Part shown: one piece after another, positions 8,675-18,833 of the stretch | Layout: each line of letters begins with the position of its first letter | Numbering within the stretch: the first letter of the stretch is position 1 | Notes under the pieces: generated by a model | Databases searched by the model: none | What the model was told of the DNA's origin: nothing | What the model saw: the letters and a program-made list of their open reading frames with translations, nothing else | Translations under genes and position numbers: made by a program | DNA from: Candidatus Kaiserbacteria bacterium | GTDB taxonomy: Bacteria; Patescibacteriota; Minisyncoccia; Phycocordibacterales; Phycocordibacteraceae | NCBI GenBank assembly: GCA_963699165.1 | Contig: OY969413.1 | Coordinates: forward strand, 596,562 to 660,561 | Length of the DNA: 64,000 nucleotides | Direction of reading: 5' to 3'

Positions 8675-11179
8675 TTATAGTTTTTTGACTACCAGCATTT
8701 CAACACCACGATCATCAACAATTTTTACTGCAATCGTTCTTTTTTCACCTAATTCAAAAGGAATGGAAGTCGTTCCTGTATATTGCTCTAGTAATTCCTC
8801 GTCCACAGTACCATTTAACGCCTTTGCGAGTTTAGTCCAATCTCTTTTTTCATCTTGCATCGGAAAAAATATTTGTGATGGAAATAGAGATCTGTTGTCA
8901 TAATCGGTATCCAGCATCCATACAGCTATTTTGTCTGTACTGCCAGCCTTTAGTTCTTGTGTATGTGGATCATAATAATCAAATCCTTTAACTTCGATCT
9001 GATACTTGCCATCCTTCATTTTGTTTATTTCTATGTCAGGTTCACCGATGAGCCAAAATGGTCTGTTTGTATCTGTTTTTTTCTTTAGGTCTTTAGTAAG
9101 TAAATCAGTATTCATTTGTGCCTTAAGTATTTGAAGTCCAGGGATTTTTATATTATCAATATCTTTCGAGGCCTCTGGATCAAAAGCGTAAGAACAAAAA
9201 ATAACCATCTGTGGTTTTTCTGTCATTCCTCTAATTTCCTCCATAGTTCGTTCAATCTGAGTTTGTTCCATCGATGCATAGTCTGGACCAAATACTATTG
9301 CACACCTCTTAAACTCTCCATCTTTATCAATATTTCCGAAAGCGTGAATTTCGCTAAATCCTTCAGCAATTTCTACGCTGTTAAAAGTAATACCAACATT
9401 ATGATACGACCGAATTCCTGAAGCACGGATGTTATCTAAATAATCATTCAGTTTCTCTGAAATAATGTTCGTTGGATTTGTTTTGTCTGAAACATCCGGT
9501 AAGTTTCCATCAATAGGTTTAGTCCTAATACCAGGTACGGCTTCTACTGTGAATGGCCCAGTTACTCTAATTTTATTCTTTACAATAAAAGGTTGGTCGA
9601 AGATGGTCTCCTCCTTTGCGGGTTCATTATTTGCGATACTTCCAAGAGTAATATGTGAGACTGTTTTATATTTAAAACCAGAAGAAACGCCCTCTTCCTG
9701 TTGAGCCATTTCATAATAATCAAATCTTGCAGTCATTAATCTTTGCTTTGCTAGCTGTATAGCGACTCTAGAAGTGTCGCAAGTAATCCATCTGCGTCCC
9801 CATTGTTCTGCAACATATCCTGTAGTTCCTGAACCACAAGTAATATCTAAAACCAAGTCACCTGGATCTGTAGTCATTAATAAACACCTTTGGATAACAA
9901 GCTGATTTGTTTGTACTACATAAATCTTATTCATACCACTCCCAGAAACTGTGTCTTCCCAAATATTAACAAGTGGGCAAACTGGGAAATCGTCAATATA
10001 TCTTTTATACGAAATAGATTTCCCAGAAGACACAACTCTCTTTGCTTTAACGAGTTGTTCAAATCCTTCAATATCAGTTTTCCAGTGATTACCTGCAGAG
10101 GGCTTATATATATTCCCTTCAAATTCAAATTCTTGCGACTTAGCTGAAGCACCTTGAGACTCTAATGTTGATAAACGAAATAAACGACCTTCTTTAATCA
10201 CAGACCAATCAGAAGATTCTTCTTTTGTTAAATTTCTTATCGTTCCATCTTTTAATTCAATCTTGTTATAAGCCTGGTAGCCATCACTAGCAATTTTATT
10301 ATCATATAGTTGATGATATTTAATTACATCCTTATTCTTTCCATACCAAATTAAATAATCGGAAACGTTATCTAATGTTGTAGAAGCGAAACCACTCGTT
10401 TTTTTGAAGGATATTTGTGAAATAAAATTACTTACACCAAATATTTCATCCATTATTTCTCGTACATGGTGCACATTTTCATCTGATATCTGTACAAAAA
10501 CGCTTCCACTTTCGTGTAGAAGTTCTCTTGCCAAAAAAAGTCTGTCGCGAAGATGCGTAAGGTAACTATGAATACCCAATTCCCAGGTGTCCCTAAAGGC
10601 TTTTATCATTTCTGGCTCTGCAGGAATACTATCGTCATCCTTATCCTTAACTTCTTTTTTATTTGTAAATGGCTGAAAATTGGAATTATATTTAATTCCA
10701 TACGGCGGATCTATGTAAATCATCTGAACCTTCCCGGCCATTTTTTCCTTTTCTAGGAGCGAATTCATCACGAGCAAACTATCACCTGCGATAAGACGGT
10801 TAGACCATGGTTTAGTATGGCCATAAAAATCAAATTCTCGATCAAGATTTAGATTTTCACTAGGTTCCTCAAAAAGTGACGGCTGTATTTTAACTGGCTC
10901 TTTCGTTTTTTTAAGAACTTGTTTGATAATTCTTTTTGGATCAATTCTTTCGTGTATGTGTAGAGACACTGTGTCCACATCAAAAGACATCCCCTCTACT
11001 TTGCCAGTCCAAGATAGCGTCGGATCAATATAAGGATCGTGCTGATAGATCTTCTTTTTTGGCTTAGTATCCAATGAGCTACTGACAAGGCCTACCTGAG
11101 GATTATTACTTCTCTTTTCCTTGTGCTGATATTGCCCGATAGAAATATCTTTTGTTTTTGTGGCTTGTTTTTTGGGCAT
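8675..11179 (-). CDS. type III-like adenine DNA methyltransferase (Mod)
   Basis: IYIDPPYG catalytic motif before LVLDITCGSGTT SAM motif (beta class); low GC. Confidence 0.92.
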   Translation of the reverse strand: MPKKQATKTKDISIGQYQHKEKRSNNPQVGLVSSSLDTKPKKKIYQHDPYIDPTLSWTGKVEGMSFDVDTVSLHIHERIDPKRIIKQVLKKTKEPVKIQPSLFEEPSENLNLDREFDFYGHTKPWSNRLIAGDSLLVMNSLLEKEKMAGKVQMIYIDPPYGIKYNSNFQPFTNKKEVKDKDDDSIPAEPEMIKAFRDTWELGIHSYLTHLRDRLFLARELLHESGSVFVQISDENVHHVREIMDEIFGVSNFISQISFKKTSGFASTTLDNVSDYLIWYGKNKDVIKYHQLYDNKIASDGYQAYNKIELKDGTIRNLTKEESSDWSVIKEGRLFRLSTLESQGASAKSQEFEFEGNIYKPSAGNHWKTDIEGFEQLVKAKRVVSSGKSISYKRYIDDFPVCPLVNIWEDTVSGSGMNKIYVVQTNQLVIQRCLLMTTDPGDLVLDITCGSGTTGYVAEQWGRRWITCDTSRVAIQLAKQRLMTARFDYYEMAQQEEGVSSGFKYKTVSHITLGSIANNEPAKEETIFDQPFIVKNKIRVTGPFTVEAVPGIRTKPIDGNLPDVSDKTNPTNIISEKLNDYLDNIRASGIRSYHNVGITFNSVEIAEGFSEIHAFGNIDKDGEFKRCAIVFGPDYASMEQTQIERTMEEIRGMTEKPQMVIFCSYAFDPEASKDIDNIKIPGLQILKAQMNTDLLTKDLKKKTDTNRPFWLIGEPDIEINKMKDGKYQIEVKGFDYYDPHTQELKAGSTDKIAVWMLDTDYDNRSLFPSQIFFPMQDEKRDWTKLAKALNGTVDEELLEQYTGTTSIPFELGEKRTIAVKIVDDRGVEMLVVKKL

Positions 11180-12646
11180 ATTATTTCCTACTTATGACCT
11201 TGAAGAGTTATTCGAGGATTTCTTCATGTAATCTTAAATCTAGCATTTTTAGGCATATTTTTGAAGCATTAGTTACCAACTCCTAGGACCTCCGAGGCGG
11301 TCTGGACTCACAGCGCTGGTTGCGTCATCCATTGTGGTAGTGCGAATTAGCACATAACCACAATGCAATGAACAAACCGGTATTCGAGGACACAGACAAG
11401 GTTCTTGGGCTGAAACCCGAGAATAAGGAAGCAGTTAAGGTGCGGTACTGCCTCTACGCCAGAAAGAGCACCGAGCAGGACGAAATGCAGGCTCTCTCTA
11501 TCGACTCGCAGATCAAGGAGATGTCGGCCCTCGCGGCTCGTGAGGGCCTCGAGATTGTAGTGATTAAGCGAGAGAGCCATTCAGCCAAGGAGGCCAGCCA
11601 GCGGCCAGTCTTCAACGAGATGATTGACGAAATGCGTGCCGGAAAGTTCAACGGGATTCTGACGTGGGCAGCGGATCGTATCAGTCGTAACGCAGGCGAT
11701 CTCGGAAGAGTAGTTGACCTTATGGACGCCGGAGTGCTCGTGCAGATACAGACGTATACGCAGAAGTTCTCCAACAATCCGAATGAGAAATTCCTGCTGA
11801 TGATCCTTTGTTCACAGGCAAAGCTTGAGAACGACAACAAGAGCATCAACGTGAAGCGCGGACTGCGAACGCGCGCCGAGATGGGAATGCTCCCCGGCTG
11901 GGCACCGATTGGCTACTTGAACGACAATCGGTCGGACCATAAGTGCGAATATCTACTCGACCCTATACGCTCCCCTATCGTAAAGATGATCTTCGAAAAA
12001 GTAGGGCGAGATAAGTGGAGCGGGGTGAAAATATATCACTGGCTCAAAGATGAAATAAAGTTCACAACAAGAAGCGGAAAGAGTATGAGTATCGGCACTC
12101 TCTACGAAATCCTAAAGAATCCATTTTACTGCGGCGTCTTTGAGTACCCGCGAGGGAGTGGCAACTGGTATGTCGGCAAGCACGAAGCACTTATCACGCG
12201 AGAGTTATTCGAAGAGGTCAGAAAAAAGATTGTTGAAGAAACGAATCCAAGAAAGAAACATACTGGGTTCGCATTCGTGAAGATGATGACTTGCGGCGAA
12301 TGCGGCTCCGGCCTTACTTGTCTCGAAAAAGAAAAGATACTACAGACCACTAAAGAATCTGTATTCTACCGCTACTACGTCTGCAGCCGAGCACGTGATC
12401 GGCGATGCAAGAATCCGTATATACGCGAGGATGCGCTCGTCGAGCAACTCTGCGGAATCATCGATGAAATCGAAATAGACCGACTCGGCGCTCGGGCTCT
12501 CATAGACAAGGAGGTGGCTCGGTTCAACAACATGCAGTCAAAGGTACTTGGCATACAGGGAAAGGAGAAAGCGCGGGATGTGGATATCAAACGTTATGCG
12601 AAATACCTGCTTGAAGAAGGAACGGTCGACGAGAAGCGACAACTGC

Positions 12647-13726
12647 TGCATAAGTTCAGATACATTTGGCAGTCCTCATAACCGAGGATATATGCGCATC
12701 AGAAGCAATTTCAGGGGTACGAAGGGCTGGTTGAGCATGTGGGAAAGGACGATACGATTGCGGCATATGCGGAAACCAAAGGAAGTCGACAGACGGGTGA
12801 AGATATTGGGATTCTGGGACATGCACGGGACGGAGGCCACATACGACGCCTTTGGCACCTCGGAGCGCACCTTGTATCGCTGGAAGGAGGAACTCAAAGC
12901 CCACGAGGGCCGCATTGATGCACTTGACCCGAAGAGCACTGCGCCGAAGGCGCGTCGAAGGAGGACTGTTCTGCCCGAGGTCGAGGATTTCATCATCCGC
13001 GAACGACAGGCGCATCCCCGGCTTGGGAAAGCAAAGCTTGCCGTTCTCCTGCGCGAAGAAGGGTACTCCGTGTCGGAGTCATACGTTGGGCGGGTCATTC
13101 TGGATTTGAAGAACCGCGGTCTGCTCCCGCAGCAGAGCCGGCTCTCGTTCCACGCACGTACGGGCAATCACACGGAAACACCGCAGAAACGCCGTACCAA
13201 GCTTCGCCGCACCGGCAAGCGCGGCATGGAGCTCGATACCGTCGTACGCTTCATCGACGGCGTGAAGCGGTACGTCCTCACGGCAGTGGACGTGGAGCGG
13301 AAGTTCGCCTTTGCGGGCGCGTATACGAACCACTCGTCGAGAAGCGCGGACGACTTCCTTCGCCGAGTCATCGAGGTTTGCCCCTTCGATATCGACGAGT
13401 TGCAGACCGACAACGGGAGCGAGTTCGCCAAACACTTCGAGGATGCCTGTGCCGAACTCGGGCTCACGCACTTTCACACCCGCCCCCGCACTCCCAAGAT
13501 GAATGCCCACGTCGAACGATTCAATCGCACCGTGTCCGAGGACTTCATCATGCTGAATCGGGGCCTGCTGCGGGACGATATTCATTCCTTCAATCTGAAG
13601 CTTGTCGACTGGCTGATCTGGTACAACACCAAACGCCCGCACCAGTCGCTCGGCATGGTGTCCCCCTTGCGGTATATTGTGTGTACATTAACCGTCGGGG
13701 ACTGCCAAAAGTACTGGACGCGTACA
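12647..13726 (+). mobile_element. IS481-family insertion sequence, copy 1 (1080 bp)
   Basis: Imperfect IRs TGCATAAGTTCAGATACATTTGGCAGTCC / TGTACGCGTCCAGTACTTTTGGCAGTCC; 5-bp TSD ACTGC; near-identical copy at 60722. Confidence 0.9.
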
Positions 13727-13735
13727 ACTGCTTGA
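12692..13735 (+). CDS. IS481-family transposase (HTH + rve)
   Basis: ELDTV, QTDNGSEF, NAHVERFNRT, YNTKRPHQSL; the stop codon lies in the flanking target DNA. Confidence 0.9.
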   Translation: MRIRSNFRGTKGWLSMWERTIRLRHMRKPKEVDRRVKILGFWDMHGTEATYDAFGTSERTLYRWKEELKAHEGRIDALDPKSTAPKARRRRTVLPEVEDFIIRERQAHPRLGKAKLAVLLREEGYSVSESYVGRVILDLKNRGLLPQQSRLSFHARTGNHTETPQKRRTKLRRTGKRGMELDTVVRFIDGVKRYVLTAVDVERKFAFAGAYTNHSSRSADDFLRRVIEVCPFDIDELQTDNGSEFAKHFEDACAELGLTHFHTRPRTPKMNAHVERFNRTVSEDFIMLNRGLLRDDIHSFNLKLVDWLIWYNTKRPHQSLGMVSPLRYIVCTLTVGDCQKYWTRTTA

Positions 13736-13808
13736 GCAATTGCGTGGCAAACTTATACTTAAAGACAAGGTAATTGCTTTGTGTTAATGCAGCGAGAGAA
13801 AACTTTAT

Positions 13809-16181
13809 TCAAGATACTCTTCTGCCCTGAACACTATTCAAATAGAGAAATCTTGAATTAACCGCCATCTCAGACATTCGCAATGCATATTGATAAGGAA
13901 GCTCCTTAAATCTGGGATTCTCCCAATAGGGCTGATAGGGTTCGAGTTCGGCATTTGCAAGCAGGATAAACGGAATATTCTCTGTTTCCAGAGTTCGGAA
14001 AAGGCCGAGTTCGGCTTCTGTAAATGTATCGGCGGTTTTAGCAAATATCAGATAGCAAGAGAAGCCCTTTGCGACCAATTTATCCCTAGCGACTTTCAAA
14101 TTATCGATATCATTCTGATCAATTTCTCCTCCCTCGTCCTTTGCTTCTCCAATTCCGATCTCAAACTCGTCACCCCTACTGTGCTGAAAGACAACGAAAT
14201 CCGTCTCGAATGCTCGATTGCCGACTTTCAGATTGAGAGCCATTGAGTACAGGAATTCACCGTGATTAAAGACTCTACTGAAAGCAAGAAGAGAAAGGAT
14301 AACGGGAATAGCACCTTCTTGATTATTGTTTTTCGCAAATAGACCAGCTTTTTGAAAGTTCCATATGCCTGGGCTATCTCTAAAAGATTGAACGATGAGT
14401 GGTCGAAGATTCTGCTCTTCAAAACAGAATGGACACGGCCATTTATCATTCTCGAAGTCAGAAAGCAGGACATTGGAAGCGAGGCCACATCCTTCGCACC
14501 GATATTCCTTTCGTTTCCGAAGAATCTTCTCGAGCCAACGTACTTTAGGTCGTAAGATATTTTTCTTAATGAGAAAATTGAAAGCATCACGCGGATTGAG
14601 ATTTTTAGACTCTCTCGACTCAAGAAATAAAGTTTGGAATCTCTTAAACCTCTCTTCGTCCCAAATGATTCTAAGTGCGTCATTCCACTTGATGAAAGTA
14701 TCGGCGGGCAAATCCTTTAGAAACTTTCTAACTCCTGTGATCTTGAAAACACGGCACGCCTCCAGCGGCGTGTATTCCCTCATACCCGTAACTATTTTCG
14801 AAGCAAGTCTCCCAGGTTGGCCAGTCTGTGCCTTGATTTCAGAATACTCCAGAATCTTCTCGATCAATTTCTGATGTGGAAGCGGGTATAGTGTCTCACT
14901 CTCATCGTGCACGTTAATCAAGAGCGCGAACCCTTCTCGCTCGACTCTTAACTTCCACGGATCAAAAACAATTTCTCTGCTGTAGAACTCGTTGAGGCCA
15001 GGTAGGCAAGGAATCTTCAGTGTGTGATCTGAGTAGCCAAAATCTCCGTAAGCATCGATGTTAACGGCTAGGATTTGCTGATCAACATGTCGTCGGTCAG
15101 TCGCCCCGTCGAGAAACTTCTTTTCAGGAAGTGACAAACTGACCTGATACCGATCAAACTGTTTCTCAACAGTGCCGTAACCTCGTTGCCATTCAAAGCA
15201 ATGATAGGCAGGATTCAACCCCCACGCGATGGCTGGAATGTCGGGAGAGAATGTACCAAGGGCTTTTGCTTTCTTCGTAGGGAAAGTCTCCAGGATTTTT
15301 TGAATCTCGTCGTTAGGCAGACTGTGATGAACCCCTATCCAGTCTTGAATTTCTGGATGTGAGTTTGGTATGCCGTCTAAGAACTTGAAGTATTTGGTAA
15401 TGAACGGTCTGAATCTCTCGATCTCGTCGATCGGGCAGAACATGAATGTCTTACCAGAAGCTCGCAAATTCCAAAAGTGCACTAAGTCATCGAAACTATC
15501 CTTCTTCCCGAAGAAGACTCCATACCCACCCCGCTGCCCACCGCCATACCCTTTAAGATCCATACTGGTCAATCCAATCGGGGGAACAGACAGTGCAAAG
15601 GAATCTTTTATCTTTTCGCCGTTCTTTATCTCTATGATCTTCGACCTCAAACCGCGCACGAATGCGTCTTCGAAATCGTCTTTGAGGTTGTAGGACTTTG
15701 GGAAGAAACCAAAATTCAGAGCAAAAACCGCATTTAGTGGATCGGCTTCGTCCCATTTAACTAGGACGCAATTACTTCTGTAGTTTTTCCGCTTGTGCTT
15801 GAAATCTTCCTGCCATAACTTCTCGATAATGTTGAGCACGTCGAGATAGGCAATTTCATTTTTCTTGGTGTGCCATTCTTGATGGAAAATCTGATCCGCG
15901 TAGTGACCTCTATCTCGAAGAAACGGGAACTTGTCTATGAACTCTTTAATCTCCTCAGACTCAGCGATTTTGTAAAAAGTATCGGGCAGGAAAACTCCTA
16001 CAAGATAATCAGCAAGAGAATTATCCTCACCCTTTGGAGCAACTGGAATGATTGGATTATGAATACCGCCCCAAAGCAATGAGTTTATTCCAGTGGCAGT
16101 CACAAGATCCTCAATGTGTCCTTTCCTGACGAGAAAGGCGACCTTGGCGGGCCGGTATTTAATAGAGAAATTTATGGACAT
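13809..16181 (-). CDS. 790-aa island protein with Zn ribbon and C-terminal PD-(D/E)XK-like nuclease motif
   Basis: CEGC...CPFC; ETDFVV...IGIGEAK; start taken at MSINFS because the upstream ORF extension overlaps the terminator and tRNA. Confidence 0.65.
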   Translation of the reverse strand: MSINFSIKYRPAKVAFLVRKGHIEDLVTATGINSLLWGGIHNPIIPVAPKGEDNSLADYLVGVFLPDTFYKIAESEEIKEFIDKFPFLRDRGHYADQIFHQEWHTKKNEIAYLDVLNIIEKLWQEDFKHKRKNYRSNCVLVKWDEADPLNAVFALNFGFFPKSYNLKDDFEDAFVRGLRSKIIEIKNGEKIKDSFALSVPPIGLTSMDLKGYGGGQRGGYGVFFGKKDSFDDLVHFWNLRASGKTFMFCPIDEIERFRPFITKYFKFLDGIPNSHPEIQDWIGVHHSLPNDEIQKILETFPTKKAKALGTFSPDIPAIAWGLNPAYHCFEWQRGYGTVEKQFDRYQVSLSLPEKKFLDGATDRRHVDQQILAVNIDAYGDFGYSDHTLKIPCLPGLNEFYSREIVFDPWKLRVEREGFALLINVHDESETLYPLPHQKLIEKILEYSEIKAQTGQPGRLASKIVTGMREYTPLEACRVFKITGVRKFLKDLPADTFIKWNDALRIIWDEERFKRFQTLFLESRESKNLNPRDAFNFLIKKNILRPKVRWLEKILRKRKEYRCEGCGLASNVLLSDFENDKWPCPFCFEEQNLRPLIVQSFRDSPGIWNFQKAGLFAKNNNQEGAIPVILSLLAFSRVFNHGEFLYSMALNLKVGNRAFETDFVVFQHSRGDEFEIGIGEAKDEGGEIDQNDIDNLKVARDKLVAKGFSCYLIFAKTADTFTEAELGLFRTLETENIPFILLANAELEPYQPYWENPRFKELPYQYALRMSEMAVNSRFLYLNSVQGRRVS

Positions 16182-16257
16182 AGATGCATTATCGCAGATA
16201 TAAGATTTCTGCAAAGCTGACCGACAGATTGTTGATACTTCTTGAAATGCTACATAA

Positions 16258-16295
16258 CAGAAAAAGCGCCCTATGTATTTTAGGCGCTTTTTCTG
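16258..16295. terminator. terminator downstream of the tRNA
   Basis: cagaaaaagcgcc...ggcgctttttctg inverted repeat. Confidence 0.7.
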
Positions 16296-16365
16296 GTGAA
16301 CACCCGGGTCGGTACTGTACTGACCTTGATGGGGGCCGGTACTGGTTCCTGGCGTCACAACCGTG

Positions 16366-16666
16366 TTGCGGGGGCCGGAATCGAACCGGCGTCTGGAGGT
16401 TATGCTTACCACTACAACTTTAATTGCCCAATTTGGTTTGTGGTCTGGACTATGCCTTCATCCGCATGCGTGGATGCCTACCGTCTAGTCTCTACACCTT
16501 CCCGCACGAAAGTTTTTTGAACTTTTTGTGCGGACTTGGCTCGGCGTTGCCGTGCGTCCGAAGACGCTAGGGTTTCACCGAATTTGGCAGGTAATCATAC
16601 GCGCAATTGCTCGCGCGCACGCCCGAATAATTCAAGCCTCCCGAGGTACCTCTCCTCTACCCCGCT
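16366..16666 (-). tRNA. tRNA-Met(CAU), probably initiator, split by a group I intron
   Basis: Exon 1 16666-16635 AGCGGGGTAGAGGAGAGGTACCTCGGGAGGCT plus exon 2 16404-16366 CATAACCTCCAGACGCCGGTTCGATTCCGGCCCCCGCAA fold into a cloverleaf; 1:72 mismatch and A11:U24. Confidence 0.88.
16405..16634 (-). ncRNA. self-splicing group I intron (IC3-like, 230 nt, no homing ORF)
   Basis: Inserted after U33 and ends in G; P AAATTCGGTGAAA, Q AACGCCGAGC, R GTAGAGACTAGA, S AAGGCATAGTCC; P1 GCUUGAA/UUCGGGC with a U.G pair at the splice site. Confidence 0.9.
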
Positions 16667-16833
16667 AAATAAAAGTATACACTCAATAACCTTGTTGGCA
16701 ATCGCATGCGAAAAGCAAAAAATAATTCAAGATGCGCGGCGCGGGAAGCTGATTTTCTGAATCGTACTTTTCGGTACGTTGAAGAAAATCAGCGGGATCC
16801 GTAACAAAGCAGGTTGGATTTTTTTCTTCTCGC

Positions 16834-17379
16834 TCAAATGGCCTTAAGTTCGCGGAAAACATTTTCATAACGCTGTATGGTGCGCTGTGCAATCGTGTCG
16901 GACAGATTAAACGCCGAGCCCTCGTGCGCGATTTGATTTCTGACTTTGTGCGCCTCCCACGCGTCTTGCAATGTCGCAAGACCGGCGGCTCTCGGCGACT
17001 TCAATTTTTCGCCGACGCCGATACCCGTGCAGCCGTATCGGACCAGCTCGTCTTCGAGCATGATGTCCGCCTCGATAATCGCTTCGCGCCATTCGCTCGG
17101 CGACGTGCCGGCGGCAAGCGCGGTGATATGCTTCCAACGCGAGACCGACGCCTCTTCTTCTTCCGGCGTGGTGATGAGCGTCCGGTAATATTCTTCTTCG
17201 TTATGGCGCAATTCAAACAGGCGAACGCTGCAGTATATAATCGTGGCGAATCCCGCAACAGAAACCGTGTAGCCGACAAGCACAATCAAAGTCCAAATAT
17301 TATTGAGCGACGCGGAAAATCCACCCGAGCCGAAGCCGAAGAAAACGTGCCAGAGATTGATTTCGTTGCCGGACGACAT
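16834..17379 (-). CDS. conserved hypothetical membrane protein
   Basis: One TM; WREAIIEADIMLE...GEKLK...AWEAHKVRNQIAHE. Confidence 0.75.
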   Translation of the reverse strand: MSSGNEINLWHVFFGFGSGGFSASLNNIWTLIVLVGYTVSVAGFATIIYCSVRLFELRHNEEEYYRTLITTPEEEEASVSRWKHITALAAGTSPSEWREAIIEADIMLEDELVRYGCTGIGVGEKLKSPRAAGLATLQDAWEAHKVRNQIAHEGSAFNLSDTIAQRTIQRYENVFRELKAI

Positions 17380-17405
17380 AGGTCCAGTATACGCGATGCG
17401 CGCGA

Positions 17406-18833
17406 CTACACGGACTTTTCAACTGCACGGGCGCCCGCAAACAAAACATCTTCGCCTCCGTGGGGCGCGGTCAAATGAATGCCGATCGGCAATTGCTTCC
17501 CTTCCCGTTCAACGCGGCCCATCGGCACGGAGACGGCTGGCACGCCGGTCAGATTTGCGGTAACGGTGAAGATGTCTTCGAGATACATCGAAACTGGGTC
17601 GCTTTTCTCGCCGAACTTGAACGCGGGCGAAAGCGTTGTCGGAAATGCGATGATGTCCGCTTTTTTGAAAGCATCAGCGTATTCGCGGCGAAGCACGACG
17701 CGCGCCGCTTCCGCTTTGCGGTAATACGCGTCGATGTAGCCGGAGGAAAGCACAAACGTGCCGAGCAGGATGCGGCGAAGCGTTTCCTCCCCGAATCCTT
17801 CGGTGCGCGAAAGAACATAATCATCAAGCAATGTCTTCCCGCGTTTCGCAAGACCGTAGCGCATGCCGTCGAGACGCGCAAGGTTTGTAGAGACCTCGGC
17901 GGGCATAATGACGTAATAAGCCGCAAGCGCATACGAACTGGTTGGCAATTCAATGTCGACAATGGTGTGCCCGTCTTTTTTGAGTTTTTCGAGCGTTGCA
18001 TTAAACGCCGCGAGCACATCCGGATTTACTTCTTTACCGAGAAAATGCCGCGGAATGCCGATGCGCAATTTCGCCGGTGCCTTTTGTGCCGGATACAATC
18101 CTTCCGGAATCGTCGTCGAATCCATCGCGTCCAGGCCGCGAATCGCATCAAAAAGGATTCGCGCATCCTCGACCGTTTTTGCGAGCGGACCGATTTGGTC
18201 GAGCGACGAACCCATTGCGATGAGACCGTGGCGGGAAACGGAACCGTAGGTCGGCTTCATGCCGACGAGGCCGGTGAGAGCCGCGGGCTGGCGGATGGAG
18301 CCGCCGGTATCGGAGCCGAGCGCGGCAATGACAAAATGTGCGGCGACGGCGCACGCGGAACCGCCCGAGGAGCCGCCGGGCACGCGGCTCGTGTCGTGCG
18401 GGTTCCGCGTCTTCCCAAATGCGGAATGTTCCGTCGAGGAACCCATCGCGAACTCGTCCATGTTGGAGCGGCCGAGGAAAAGCGCGTCCGCGGCTTTCAA
18501 TTTCTGCACGACCGTTGCATCGTACGTGGCGCGATAATTCTCGAGCATTTTTGAGCCCGCGCTTACCAACTTTCCGTCTATCAAAATGTTGTCCTTGAGC
18601 GCAAGCGGAATCCCGCACAAAAGCGGCGCCTTTTCGCCTTCCGTGTCGATGCGTTTTTGCGCCTCCGCGATAGCCGCGGCGTCGCGCGGAAAAATTTCCA
18701 GAAATGCGTGCAGCTCCGGATTGCGCTTTTGCGCTTCTTCGTAGCACGCATCAAAGAGTTGTGCGACGGTAAGTTCCCGCGCGCGGAGAGCGCGGGCTGC
18801 CTGCACGATGGTCATTTCATTCGGCCGATTCAT
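17406..18833 (-). CDS. gatA: Asp/Glu-tRNA amidotransferase subunit A
   Basis: Amidase signature PGGSSGGSA, GSDTGGSIRQPA, MYLEDIFTVTANL. Confidence 0.97.
   Translation of the reverse strand: MNRPNEMTIVQAARALRARELTVAQLFDACYEEAQKRNPELHAFLEIFPRDAAAIAEAQKRIDTEGEKAPLLCGIPLALKDNILIDGKLVSAGSKMLENYRATYDATVVQKLKAADALFLGRSNMDEFAMGSSTEHSAFGKTRNPHDTSRVPGGSSGGSACAVAAHFVIAALGSDTGGSIRQPAALTGLVGMKPTYGSVSRHGLIAMGSSLDQIGPLAKTVEDARILFDAIRGLDAMDSTTIPEGLYPAQKAPAKLRIGIPRHFLGKEVNPDVLAAFNATLEKLKKDGHTIVDIELPTSSYALAAYYVIMPAEVSTNLARLDGMRYGLAKRGKTLLDDYVLSRTEGFGEETLRRILLGTFVLSSGYIDAYYRKAEAARVVLRREYADAFKKADIIAFPTTLSPAFKFGEKSDPVSMYLEDIFTVTANLTGVPAVSVPMGRVEREGKQLPIGIHLTAPHGGEDVLFAGARAVEKSV

Larger units (their letters stand above)
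11368..13787 (+). pseudogene. large serine recombinase interrupted near its C-terminus by IS481
   Basis: YARKS catalytic motif, DRISRN, recombinase domain, Zn ribbon CGECG...YYVC; deleting the IS and one TSD restores ...EKRQLLEQLRGKLILKDKVIALC* ending at 13787. Confidence 0.9.

Noticed and set aside
16182-16412. N-terminal extension of the 867-aa ORF
   Set aside because: Overlaps tRNA exon 2 and the terminator; start reassigned to 16181
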